Assembly: GCA_004431415.1 (NCBI GenBank) | Contig: QPMI01000544.1 | Location: 111,917-175,916, forward strand | Length of the DNA stretch: 64,000 nt | Direction: 5' to 3' | From: Cyanophora paradoxa CCMP329 | Taxonomy: Eukaryota > Plantae > Glaucophyta | Part shown: positions 24,484-36,449 of the stretch, one piece after another | How positions within the stretch are numbered: the stretch's first letter is position 1 | Layout: the number at the start of each line of letters is the position of its first letter | Program-made: the position numbers and the translations under genes | Notes under the pieces: model-generated | The model's input: only the letters and a program-made list of their open reading frames with translations | Told to the model about the DNA's origin: nothing | Databases searched by the model: none

Positions 24484-27400
24484 CTAGACGCGGATGTCGT
24501 GCATTTCGGTGGAGCCGGCGCGCTGGCGCTCCTGGGCGAGGAGACCCGTCGACTCCGAGGCGTTCTCCACCCTGCGCCGCCCGTTAAGAGGCGAGGCGGA
24601 ACGCGGGGCGACGAGATATATAAGGACACAGTAAAGTCCAATAGCTAGAAGCCGCCGGCAGGCCGCCGGGCCGGGGCCGGGGCCGGGGCGGGGGCGCGGG
24701 GGAGCGAGGGAGGGGCCGCACTGGTGGATGGCGTCGTCGGAGACAGCAAAGTCGTCGGGGTGCGTCACCGCCACGAGCGGCCGGTTCTGCAGCTCCTCCG
24801 GCGAGTAGCCCAGCAGCGCGCAGAAGGCCTGCACGCCAACTCAGGGACAGACAGACAGACAGACAGAGGCAGAGGCAGAGAAGGGGCGCACGCTGTCGGC
24901 GGTGCGGATGACGTTGGCGTGGCCCTGGGCGTCCACGTCGACCGTGATGTTGCCCGTCTGCGCGGGGAGGAGGGCCCGGCGTCGGAGGAGCCCCCGCGAT
25001 GAAAGGAAGAGGGCGAGGCGGGGCGGGGCGGGGCGGCACCTGGGTCGGGTTGTCCGCGTCCACGACGGAGGCCTGCGCGAACGAAGGTGGGCGGGGGGGT
25101 AGGGGGGGGGAGGGGAGGGGGGTACGGACGTGGAGCTCGTAGGGGTGCCCCTCCTCGTCGTGGTCCACCGCCGCGTTCACCTGTCCGGAGAAGAGGAAGC
25201 GTGAGGGGAAGTTTGAAAGCCGAGGGGAGGGGAGGGGGGCCGGGGCTCGGCTCGGGCGGACCGTGACGCGGACGATGCGGCCGTCCTTTCGGACGTAGCG
25301 CTTTGTGTAGCGACAGGTGCGGCGGCGGGGCCCGACGCCCGAGCCCGAGGCCAGGTCGCTCCCGCCCACTACGTCGAGGTCGTTGTCGAGGAGGACGATG
25401 CAGTTGCCGCTGCCGGCGCCGGCCTCGGCCAGGCGCAGGCCGAGGAGGCCCGCGGCGCCATCCACGTCCGCCATCGAGCGCGTGTGGCTCGCCAGGCCCG
25501 GCGCCACGTGCCCCTTCGCCACCATCTCCGCGAACGTCGGCCGCTTACTGCGCACAGCTTAGACTTAGTCTTAGGCTTAGACTTCGGCGCGGCGCGGCGC
25601 ACATCTCCTTGTCGCCCTCGCGGGGCTGCCCGAGGGGCTTGGGCGCCTTGTTGAAGGCCGGGTGCTTCCAGAGCAGCGGGTTGGCGCGCAGATGGCCCCT
25701 CCCGAACCCGTACCTGCCCGAAGAAGCCCCTGTAAGGGGAGAGAATAGCTAAGAGCAGCTCAGAGCAGCACGGACCAGAAGAAGAGGTCGGTCATGACGA
25801 TGGCGCCGACGAGGTTGCCCATCGTCGACATCAGGATGTTCTCGAAGATGAACGTCCTGCGCGCAAATGGGTCGGCCTGGATCCTCGCCCTGAGTGGGGG
25901 GGCAAGAGTGGCCGAAAGGGTCTCCGCGGCGCTGGATGCTCTGCCTAACGGACGGGTAGGGGGGTACGGCGCACCAGCCGATGCGGGGCTCGATGTCGTT
26001 GGCGCCGTACAGCAGAGCGAGCGGCAGCAGGAACATGTTCGCCACGCCTGCCCCGAGGAGGGTGAGAGGGGGGGAGAGAGAGGGGGGGGGTACGGCGCGC
26101 ACAATGCTCGAAGCCGATGGCGGCGAACGCCATGATGGGGAACCTGCGTTGTGGTTCGAATGTTTGGGCGCCTTTCTTTTTTTGGGGGGGGGGAAGGATA
26201 GATGCAGGGGTACGGGCGCACCACATGTTGACGAACTTGCCGATGACGTCGTCCGCGCTGTACGACAGGTAGACCGCCATGCACTGCGGGGTACGCGATT
26301 CTCAGGAACTTCGCGAGGGGGGGGGGGAAGCGGGAGGGCGAGGGTTAGGGGGGGGTATGGGTGCGCACGACGAGGGTATTGCACCCGATGCCGCGGAGGA
26401 AGACCTGGTAAGGCTTGAGGCCGTACCTGCGCCCCCGCGCCGCGGCTCAGGCCCCGGACCTGGGGACGCACGTCCTGGGGGTACACGCACTTCTTGATGG
26501 CGATCTTCATCACGAAGATGTGCCACGGCTACAGAAGGCCGGGGTACGTGAGTCGGGCGTGCGCGCCGTGCGTGCGTGCGGCGGGAAAGGGGGGTGCGGG
26601 CGCACGTCCTTCGCGAAGAGCTCGGTGTGCCAGCTGCGATCTTGGGCGTCAGGGGTGCAAGCCCACTACAAGGCGACTCACGGCGGCAGGGGGGTACGCA
26701 CGCGAGGAAGTACGCGGCGAAGAGGGCCCCCGCGAAGTTGCCCACCCAGGAGATGATGGCTGGGGGGTACGTCGGTTTCGGGGCGCGGCGGCAGGGGAGG
26801 AGCGCGTGGACGGGGGGTACCGTTCTTGCAGACGCCGCGGAACGTGAGCCAGCTGAAGCGGTGGATGAGCTCCAGGCCGTCCACCATGCTGCGAACGAAG
26901 GGCGCGGCTCGGCGAGGGGCGAGCGGGATGGATGGGGGTACGACTCACATGTTCGAGGTGATGAGCTCAGCGCCGGTGAAGAGCACCTGGGGGCGGGGGG
27001 TGGGCAAAAGCGGCCGGAGGCCCCGCGGCGCCAGAACGGGCCAGAACGGGGCAAGGCGCACCATGAGCAGACCGACGGGGAAGATGCTGCCGTAGCTGAG
27101 GGGGTACGTCGGCCGCGGCGGGCGGGGGTATGGGGGGCGCGGGGGCCGGGGTACGCGCACAGGAGCTTCTGGAGGCCCGGGTTGTCGTACTCGTCGTTGT
27201 GGTTCGGGTGCCCGTCCTCGCAGGAGAGCCCCCCCGCCACAGCGATCCTGCGAGAGCGCGCGGCGCGGCGCGGTCGGCGATGGCGGCGGACGCGGGCCGG
27301 GCCTGGAGCGGGCGGGACGCACGAGGCCATGGCGCCGAAGCCTGCGAGCGGGAGGGAGGCGTCGACGTCCCGTCAGTGACGGCGACGTCACCGCGCGATG

Positions 27401-27679
27401 CGGGCCGGGAAACGGCGAGAGCGCACCGACGTACTGCGGGTCCCGGCCGAGGTGGCGGGGGCGAAGGCGCGCGGTCAGGCGCGGCTGGCCGCGGCGGGCG
27501 GGCGGGCGCGGGGCGGGGCGGACGAGGCCGGCGAGGAATCCCTGGGTGAATGTCTTCGTCCAGGGAAGGTCCAAGACCTTTCGGGCGCCTGCCTTCTCCA
27601 GCGCCGCGTAGGTCTCGCCTGCGCCGCGGCCGCGCTTACTTCCCGGTTCCGAGCCCATGATCATATCATGATCCGCCAT
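24484..27679 (-). CDS. Formate/nitrite transporter (FNT; NAR1/FocA/NirC family) with C-terminal PAS/PAC-like region
   Basis: Spliced FNT motifs: GFLAGL|YV|GFG, FPVGLLM|VLFTGAELITSN, SWVGNFAGA, FLRGIGCNTLV|CMAVY, FAAIGFEH, VANMF, MGNLVGA. Continues via GDKEI|KRPTF into YTKRYVRKDGRIVRV (PAC) and AFCALLGYSPEEL..THPDD (PAS). Stop at 24484. Confidence 0.85.
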
Positions 27680-28150
27680 GCCCGCCGACAGGCGGCTCCG
27701 GCGATTTTGCGCGGTGCATGCGCTCACCTGGGGTCTTGTATCCTGCACAGGCATCGCCGCGCGATCAGCGTTCGCTCGCATGGGCGGGTGAAGGGACGGG
27801 GCTGGCACGTCCGGACGCACCCATCCTGACCGGACGAGTCTGGATCCAAAGAAAGGTGAAACTAGGACCGAGACTTTCGACCGCGAGAGAGCAGCAAGTT
27901 CTCTTGGACCGCAGACGCTTGACAACCGCAACTGCCGGACGCCGGCGGCACGGTAATCTCGCCCTCTCGCTGCTCCCGAGAAGGTAGTAACAACTTGCAG
28001 CACCGCCAAGGGCCTCGGGCGGTGGCCGCAAAGCGACGGCGCACGCGGGACTCGGCGGGAGTCGTGAAAAAAAAGGACGCAGGGCAATGACCGCAAGGAC
28101 GTCAGCGGGATTCGATGCGAGACCCGGAGGAACACAAGAAAGGCCGATCA

Positions 28151-28224
28151 AGCCTCTAGGCGGATTCGAACCACCGACCTCATCCTTACTAAGGATGCGC
28201 TCTAACCAACTGAGCTATAGAGGC
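28151..28224 (-). tRNA. tRNA-Thr(AGU)
   Basis: Full cloverleaf: acceptor GCCTCTA/TAGAGGC, anticodon arm CATCC-TTAGTAA-GGATG, T-loop TTCGAAT. Confidence 0.97.
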
Positions 28225-28287
28225 GCGGCGTTTTGCATCGAACTAAGGGGTCCGGCCGGGATTCGAACAACACGCCCGAAACAGCGA

Positions 28288-28361
28288 AGCCTCTAGGCGG
28301 ATTCGAACCACCGACCTCATCCTTACTAAGGATGCGCTCTAACCAACTGAGCTATAGAGGC
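28288..28361 (-). tRNA. tRNA-Thr(AGU), identical second copy
   Basis: Same 74-nt sequence. Confidence 0.97.
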
Positions 28362-28603
28362 GATGGAAGTCGAATTCCCTTGAACGAGCTGCTGCGCAGC
28401 CCTCGCAATTCAATGCGAGCCCGCTCGCGCGCGCTGCGCAGCGGTGGCTCGTGGCTGCCGGCAGGTGGGCTGAGGCGCAGGCGCTTACAAAAGAGCCAAG
28501 GGCGCAAGCAGGGCTGGTCTGAGGATTCAGTGGGGAAGCCGCCCAGGGTACAGCACAAACTCAGCAGTGACAGCGAAAGCGGCAGCTAGCTAAGGGGCTT
28601 AAG

Positions 28604-31600
28604 ATGGCGCTCCACCACCTCGGCAATGCCGACGGTGTGGTGGATTCCATATACCACTTCCTTTGGATGAAGAACAGCGAGGTCCGTGCGGCGCTTAGTT
28701 TGGCACTTAGTCTAGCTAACGCAGGCCGGCGCCTGCTGCAGGGTATGAGCGCGCCGGGAGTCTACATACCGGACACAGTCAGTGCGTGGCTGCCCTGCTT
28801 GCCGCCGCGAGCCGCGCAGAGGCAGACCCCAGCGCCGCCAGCCTGCTCACTGCTTCGGCCCTGCTCCGCCTTGCGCAGTGTACAAGTACACTCAAGCGGC
28901 ATACTGGTTCGCTGGGGCCGCTAGCTACGCTGCCCTCTCCTTGCTGGGCTCAGACTTGCGCAGGTACTTCACTTCGGCGCAGGACGACCAGATCAAGATC
29001 AAGAACAAGGGCAACACAACCAACGCGAACATTTACCGCTCCTTCACGAAGCGGGAGGAGGCCACCTCAGAGATCTGCGCCTACTACATCTCGTCTCAGG
29101 AAGACGAGCAGACGGGTCCGCCGCCGCCGGGCGCCGCGCCGCGCCCGCTGCGCCCTGAAGCAGACGCTGCAGGCAAGAAGTTCACCTCGATCGAGTACCT
29201 GAACCAGCAGACGCTGCACGACTTTCTCTTCAACCGCGAGAAGGAGAACAACGGCATCCTCCAGAAGTTCGTCGACCCGAAGGGCGACAACAACGGTGCG
29301 CGGGCTCCGGAAAGGAAGATAAAGGAACGAAGAGGCCGCTCGCCCGCTTGGCCGCTGGCCGCCAGCTCGCTCACACCCGGCCGCCCGGCCGCGCGCCGGC
29401 AGCGATCATCCAGGCGGTCTGGCTCCCGCGCTTCTGCCTCCTGGAGCGGCGTGTGAACAAGCGGAAGATATCGGACCTGAAGGTGAACATGTACGAGCGC
29501 GCCGTGACTTTCGAGGGAACCGAGTACCACTCCGACTCCGGTCCGCCGCGCGCCCCGCGGACCCGGCCCGGCGGGGCGCGCCGCTCACTTGCCCTCCCGC
29601 CCGGTTCGGCAGTGCCGCTGAACGGAACGGCGCTGGCCCGCCGGATCGGAATGGCGCGCCCGCCCGCCGCCCCCCCGCCCCCGCCCCCGCTCCCGCCCCG
29701 CCCTTTGAGAGCCGCCCCCGCAGATCTGCAACTCGATGGTGAACCACATAGCCGCCATCTCCAACAATAGGCACCAGGTCCTTTCTCCCCCCCTCCCCCC
29801 CCCCCCTCTTCTTCCTCCCCGCCCCGCCGACGCCGGGGTACAGGTCTCGCGCATGGTGCTCCAGTTCAAACTGGACGAGGACGACCGCGTCTGGCTCCTC
29901 TGGTGCTCCTCCCTCCGCCTCTTCAACGAGGTCCGTGTTCGATTCCGCGGCGTTCCCCTTTCCTTCCTTCCTCCCTTCCTTTTCGAGCCGGGCGCAGGGC
30001 GACCCAGACGAGCACACGCTCAACCTGACGCCGACGCTCACCGTACCCGGGGACGTCTACCTCTCCCCTACCCCCCAGCTCTCCAAGCCCAACGACTCCG
30101 GCGTGGGTACCCGCTCCTTCCTGTGCCCCTCCTGCAAGAAGAAGTACGGTGCGGGCTGTACCCCCTGGACGGAGAGGTTAAGAAGAGGAGGGCCGGGCCC
30201 GGCTGACCTGCTCCGCAGACCTGGAGAAGAAGAGCGAGGGGACGTACCAGGCGATCATCAAGGACCACACGCGGCGCTGCCTGAAGCAGTCCATAGCGGA
30301 CCTGGCCGGCGCGCAGCTCTCGGCGGGGGGCCGCTCGGGCCCGGAGCCGGACAAGTCGGACCGCTCGGCGGGGGCGAGCCACCAGAGCCTGGAGAAGCGG
30401 CGGGCGCAGAGCATCCTGGGGACTAGGACGAAGCGGCTCTCGACGGAGGAGGTCCCCCAGATCCTCCGCGTCCTCCACCCACAGCTCACCAAGCAGGAGT
30501 ACGGCCGCCTCCGCAAGAACCCGCTCTTCCTGCTCCGCACGGCGCCCCTCTGCGAGGACTGCTTCCTCAGCGTCACGCGCCCCGAGGGCGAGGCCGGCCC
30601 CGCGACCGAGGAGGAGGCGGCCGCGCTGGTTCGGATCGGCCCGGCGCTCGCCTCGACGCTCCGGGCGCAGGCGACGGCTGCGCCGAACGCCACCTTCGAG
30701 CTCCCCGCGAACGCCGTCCTCCCCGCGACGCGCATCAGCGAGGTCGTCGGGCGCCTGGCGGCCTCGCCGGCCCCGCGCGAGGGCTCCGCCTCCCGCAGCG
30801 ACCTCGCGGCCGTCCAGATGCTCCAGCGCAAGGGGCTCTCCGCGTCCCAGCAGGCGGCCATGTGCGCACGCTCGCCCAGTACCCCCCTCGGCTGCGACAT
30901 GCGCTTGCTGAGCCTCTTCTTCGTTCGCAGGCGGCGGGCCCTCTCGGCTCCCAGCGGCGAGTTCGGGCTCAAGTCCCGCGGCGGCCCCGAGGCGCGGCCC
31001 TCGACGCGGGCTGCCCCGCGGGAGGAGGGGGCGCCGCGGCAGCCCGGGGGGTACCGGCCCGTCACCGTCGCGGCGGCCTCGCCGGGGTACGGACTGGAGG
31101 GCGCAAGCGCGGCGCGGGAGGGGGACCCGGACGGGTGGCCCTTCGACTCGGGCGACGAGAGCCCGCGTACGCCCCGGCCCGCCCCGACCCGACCCGATCC
31201 GCCGCCGCCGCCTTACACGCCGCCCGCCGCAGGGGACGAGGGCGAGCATTCGGCGACGGCGGGGGCGGGGGCGGCGGCGGCTGCGAAGCCCGGGAACCCG
31301 GCGGCGGCGGGGGCCGGGGCCGGGGCGGGGCAGGCGAAGAGCTTCTGGATGGAGACCCCGACGCCGTACAGCCAGCGGCTGCCCATGCCGGGCGACCCCA
31401 AGAAGAAGGGGCTCCGCGTCGCCTCGACGGGGGCGGGGCCCGGCGCGCGGCACGCGTCGCCCCCGGACCACCGCGAGAAGGAGGCGCAGGCGCGGGCGAT
31501 CGTCGACGGCTTCGACTGGACGCGTCGCGTCTACGGCGACGCGCAGACCGCCGCGCAGGCGGCGGCGGAGCTGCGGGCGCTGCGGCGCATCGCCAGCGCG

Positions 31601-32721
31601 CCGCTGACGGGGCACCACGAGCCCTCCTCCTCGGGCTTCGGGCCCGGCCCGGGCTCCGGCCCGTGCCCCGCGGCGCCCTCCAGTCCCAAGGCGGGCCCCG
31701 TCCGGGCCCCGGAGGCAGCGGAGGTCCCGGGGCGGCGGGGGCGGCGGCGGAGGCGGAGGCGCTGGCGCTGCTGGGCGTGGCGCCCGGGAACGTGGCGGAG
31801 GCGGGGCCCGGGGCCGGCTACTGGCCCAACGCGCGCTACGACACGGCCGAGCACGCCGCGGCGGCCGCCCGCTCCGCCTCCCCGCAGCAGCGGCCCGCGC
31901 GGTGCGCCACGCCGACCCGAGCCGCCGTCCGCTGCGCCGGCGCTGACGGTGCGGGCAGGGCGGCCGGGGGGGCGCCTGCGGGCTGGACGAGGCAGGGGCA
32001 CCTGCCGCCGGGGGCGACGGAGGAGGATGTCTGGCTCCTGGCGCAGGCGGGGCACCCCTCGGGCCCCCGGCTCGCAGGCGACTGGGGCAAGCTGCGCGAG
32101 GGCGGCCCGGCGCAGGCGCGGAGCGCGGGGCGAGCCAAGGGGCGACAGCTGCCCCCGATGCCTTCCGGAGGCGCACCGGCGGCGGCGGCGGCGGGGGGCG
32201 GCGGGGCAAGGGGGCCGCCGAGCAGGGCAGGGCGCCCCCGAGACCGTGGGGCGCTCCGGCTCGCGCGGCTGCGGGACTACGTCGCCTCGCAGGCCGCCGG
32301 CGACGACCTCGAGGTGCCCCGTACCCCCCTCTGACCCCCCCCCACCCCCCCTCGCCCTCGGCCGACGCCGGCGGGCGCGCAGCTGCCGTCGTCGGCGCGG
32401 GCGGCGGAGCTCTCGACGGGCCGGCGGTCGGAGCCGGGCGGGGGCGAGGGGGAGGAGGAGGCGGCGGCGGCGTTCGATGGGGACGACGGTCGCCCCACGA
32501 CGGCCGCGGTCGGCTCGCGCGGCACGCGGACGGCCGGCGGCGCCGGAAAGGTCTCCGCGGCCGGCGGGAGCGGCGGCGCGGGACTGGAGGCGCGGCGGTC
32601 GGTCGAGTCGGACGGGGTACGCTACTCGATGGACTTCGAGGAGGCGGAGGCGTCGGCGGAGCTCTCGGCGGCCCCGAGCGGCTCCCCCGCCGGCTGGGAG
32701 ATCGGAGTGCACGACAGCTAG
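28604..32721 (+). CDS. Multi-exon conserved-looking hypothetical protein with a long low-complexity C-terminus
   Basis: Globular N-terminal exons (IEYLNQQTLHDFLFNREKENNGILQKFVDPKG; YERAVTFEG; SRMVLQFKLDEDDRVWLLWCSSLR) are reminiscent of an uncharacterised, possibly ATP-grasp-like family in flagellated protists. CPSC and CEDC pairs are present. One frame change near 31730. Confidence 0.7.
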
Positions 32722-32995
32722 TCCGGGCCGGGGGGTCCGCCGGCCCCCATTTCTGGCTCTAGATCTGGCGTAGTAGTAGGGAGGAAGGAGGCCCTCGAGG
32801 ACTTTGGCAGGCAGTTATAATCAGCTAGTGTTTCAGGTCTTTTTCGCACAGCGTACATGAAATGATACCTCTTCGTACTTGCAAATGGAGCGAATATTAG
32901 TACTCTCCGTCGAATTCGAATTCTTCACCTCCTGACGAGCAATGGAATATTGTAATGGAGTGCCAAGCGGCAGCTCTGGAACTGCAGGCGGCGAT

Positions 32996-34334
32996 CTAGG
33001 GCGGGGGGCGGAGGATGCTGCCGGCGCTGCAGAGGCCGAACGCGAACGCGTACAGCCGCGCGTCGATCGCCGCCCCGCGCTCCCTCTCCAGCTGCGGGGG
33101 TACCGACATTGTTGAGCTCTAGGGGGGTACGCGTGCTCGGGAAGGGGGGAAGGGGGGGGGTGGCTCGCCTTGTGCAGGAAGTCAAGGAGGCCGTCGAGAG
33201 GGGCCAGGATGACCTGAGGGGGGTACACACGCATGAGCGCTTCTCGGGGGGTAATGGAGGGGAAGGGGTTACCTCGATGTCCTCGCCGTCCTCCAGCTCC
33301 TGACGTCCCCGGTGTGAAGCCCGGAAAAAATTCAGGGGGAGGGGGTACAAACCTGGACGGGGCGCACAGCGCCCGGGGCGAGCGGGGGTACCTCGAGGGT
33401 AACCAGCTGGCAGTTTGCGTTCGTGAGGCCCGGATCCTGCGGGGGTACATGGATCCTGAATGAGGGGTACGGGAACGGAGCTCTGCAGGGGGGTACGCCG
33501 CACGTTGGACATGGGGGACGAGACGGAGAGGACGCGGCCCTCGAAGCCTGCGCAGGCGATCGCCAACACGCAAGGCGAAAGCGACGCGTACCGGGTACGC
33601 GAATGCGTACCGGTCTCTTCCCTTAGCTCCCGAACCGCGGCGTCCGCAGCCGTCTCGTTCGCGTCGATGAGGCCCGCTGCGCACGCGAGAAAAGCTCGCT
33701 CCCGGCCGCTTCGAATTCCGTGATAGGGCGCCGCGCGTACGGACCTGGGACCTCGATGCAGAGGCGGCCGAGGGCGGGGCGATACTGGGAGACGAGGATC
33801 ACCTTGTCGTCCTTAGGGTCCGCCTCGCGGATGACTGCGGGCGGGGCGCGCGGCGTGAGCGCGCTCGGCACTCGCAGCGATTCCGACGCGCGCGCACTCG
33901 CAACGATGCCGACGCCGTCGACGTCGCCTCTCCGCGTCGTCCGCTCGCAGCTCTCCCACGAACGCAGGCGCCCCTGCACGGCGTACACCGCCCGCGTGAG
34001 CCTGGCGACCTGGCGTAGTCTGGCCACGTACCTTGCGGTCTACCCACTTGATCTTCATCATCTTGATCCAGCGCCCGCCGTCAGTGGCGACCTCCTTCGA
34101 CAGGTTCTCGGGCGCGCCGTCCGCCGACGCGACAGCCGCCGACGTAGCTGCGACGGCAAATGTTCCACAGATCCAGCGCGCCCTGCTGCCGCGCTGCGGG
34201 GCGAGGCGCGCCCCCGGGTTGAGCGGGCTGGCTGGCGCTTGGCTCCTGTTCAGAGACCGAAACGCGCGTGCAGCGGCCTGCCTCGCCTGCGCCCCGCCAG
34301 ATCCCAGGAACGACAGGATCTGCATGAAGGCCAT
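32996..34334 (-). CDS. Nudix hydrolase, ADP-ribose pyrophosphatase (NUDT5/YSA1-like), with N-terminal targeting extension
   Basis: GRLRSWESCERTT..DGVGIV; ILVSQYRPALGRLCIEVP|AGLID..ETAADAAVREL (Nudix box); DPGLTNA; LEDGEDIE|V; IDARLYAFAFG. Confidence 0.9.
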
Positions 34335-34399
34335 TGCAATTGATCTTAGCCGGCAGTGTCGCGGCTGGTCGCCTGGCCAGGGTACCGGTTAAGCCGAGC

Positions 34400-36304
34400 A
34401 TGGAGGGCCTGCTGCAATCGCTGCAGGGCCTCGAGAAGGCGTTCAATGCCTCGCTCGAGCGCAAGGAGGCGCTTTCAGCGTCCGTCGAGAGCGCGCGCGC
34501 CCATCTGCGCGGGCTGCTCGCCGAGCGCGAGGCGGTCCGCGCGGCCTCTGCGGAGCTGCGCAGGTGCGATGCGGTTCGGCGACCGCTTGCGGCTGCACGC
34601 TCCGTGCATGCGATACCTCGCGCTCGCCGCTGCACGCAGCCGGAGCGCAGCCGGCGCAATCGCGGGACTCGGCGTCCACGTCGATCAGGAGGAGGCCGCG
34701 AGCAGTCTGGAGGCGTCGCGAAAGCGCGTCGAAGCTCTCAAGAGCGACTTGGAGGCGCTGAAGTCCCAGGCGGAGCAGGATCGGTGCGAGTGGCTCAGCC
34801 GCCTTCTCTCAAACACGGCCGCAGCGTGACTGTTCCCGCAGGCTCTCATTCCTCTCGTCGATGAAAGCGCTGAAGCAGAGATCCGCGGGGAAGGTGCCGC
34901 GGGCCCCGACGCGGCCGCGGCCGCACTGCGCAGCTCGGCGGCTGACGCGGCTCGAGCTCGGCCCTCGCTCCGCAGCGCTGGGACGTGTTCCTCGCGGAGG
35001 CGGCACAGCGTGCGGCGGAGCTGCGGGCGGAGCTGGCGGAGGTGCAGGGGACGCTGGCGCGGCGGCGGGGGGCGCGCTCCGCCGCCATGGCCCGCGTCAG
35101 CGAGCTGCGCCTCGCCATCGGCGAGCTGCTGGCCACAAAGGACGGTCCGTGCCGTACCCCCGGGAGTCTCCACGGAGCCGCCATGAGCTCACGCGCGCGT
35201 ACCCCGCAGACTCCCAGCGGGAGCTGCGCTCGCTGCAGGCGCCCGGGGGCACATCGGCCGCCAAGCCGCCCCCTGAAACGGAGCTCGACCGGTCGGTTGC
35301 CCTCCATGTACCCCACGCTCCCGCCCCTTTAACGTTAACCGTACCCCCACCCGCAGCCTCCGGGCGGACATTGCCGCCGCGAGAGAGGACCGCGACGAGT
35401 TCTCGTCCATCGCCGGGTCCATGAAAGTGCGTACCCCAATCGGCCTTTCACCCTCCATTCTGATGGCGTACCCCTCAGATGCAGATTGAGATTACCCGCA
35501 AGCGCGAAGAGGCGCTACGCCGCATCGCGTACGGCCGCCGCGAGCAGGCGCGCTGTACCCCCAGCCGCCTATGAGGGTCCCCAGCTGATCACGAATCACG
35601 TACCCCAGCTGATCTACTTGGAGGAGGAGGGGCTGCTGAGGCCGGGGGGTACCGTGGGCGTGGATGACGTGGAGCCGCACCCGAGCCCGAGCCAGCAGCA
35701 AACGCCAGCCCAGGCCCGGGCACCGGCCCCAGTCCCGTGGCATGCCCAGGCCGCCGCCTCTACCCCCACCCCCGCCCCCACCCCCGCCCCCGCCGCGGCT
35801 CCCGCCGCTGCGGCCCCGGCCCCGGCCCCGCACGCCCCGCCCCGCTACGCCCTTCCGGTGCGCCCCGCCACGCCCACTGCGCGCCCAAGCCCACTACCCC
35901 CGCGGCAGAAGGTGCAGCTGCCCCCGGAGTGGACGCGGCGGGCCCCCGGGCCGGGCCGCGAGGCGCCGGCGACCGTGCGGGCCGAGGAGAAGAAGAGAAG
36001 GGCGGGGCCCGAGGAGGGGCACGAGGACGAGGACGACGACGCGATCCTCTCCGTGGGGCTAGCCGAGCTGCTCCGCCGCCCGCCCGTTCCCGGCGCCGGC
36101 GCCAAGCCCGGTCCCGGCCCCGGCCCCGGCCCCGGACCCGGCCACGGAAGCGCCGGTTACGGAGGCGGCGCCCGCTCCTCCGCCCCGGCGCCGCCCCCGG
36201 CCCCGGCCCCGGCGCCGCTGATCCATGACGCGGACCTGCCCTGCTTCGAGCTGGACCTGGGCTTAGACGGCGAGGACGAGGAGGACGCCGTCGAGGAATC
36301 GTGA
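34400..36304 (+). CDS. Multi-exon coiled-coil protein with Pro/Ala-rich tail
   Basis: Heptad-rich exons (MEGLLQSLQGLEKAFNASLERKEAL; LEASRKRVEALKSDLEALK) with GT-AG introns. Confidence 0.65.
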
Positions 36305-36449
36305 TTGAGTTGTGGGATCTCGAGTGATACTTAATCTCTTAAATTTTTGCACTATGGTACAACATGAGAGCTCGCTCTGAAAAAGGAGAGAAAGGGTGCA
36401 TGCAGCCTCCTGCAGCTGGCCATGGGCCCCGCCCGCGCCGCCCGGCCCG

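Noticed and set aside
25960-27160. Introner elements explaining the shared intron motif
   Set aside because: Introns share only GTACCCC and C-richness, not extended similarity, TIRs or TSDs. The motif also occurs in exons.
30068-32209. Long Arg/Pro/Gly/Ala-rich ORFs such as the 713-aa minus ORF, and the antisense ORFs at 15046-15606 and 41876-42806
   Set aside because: These are shadow frames of very GC-rich or repetitive real genes on the other strand or frame.
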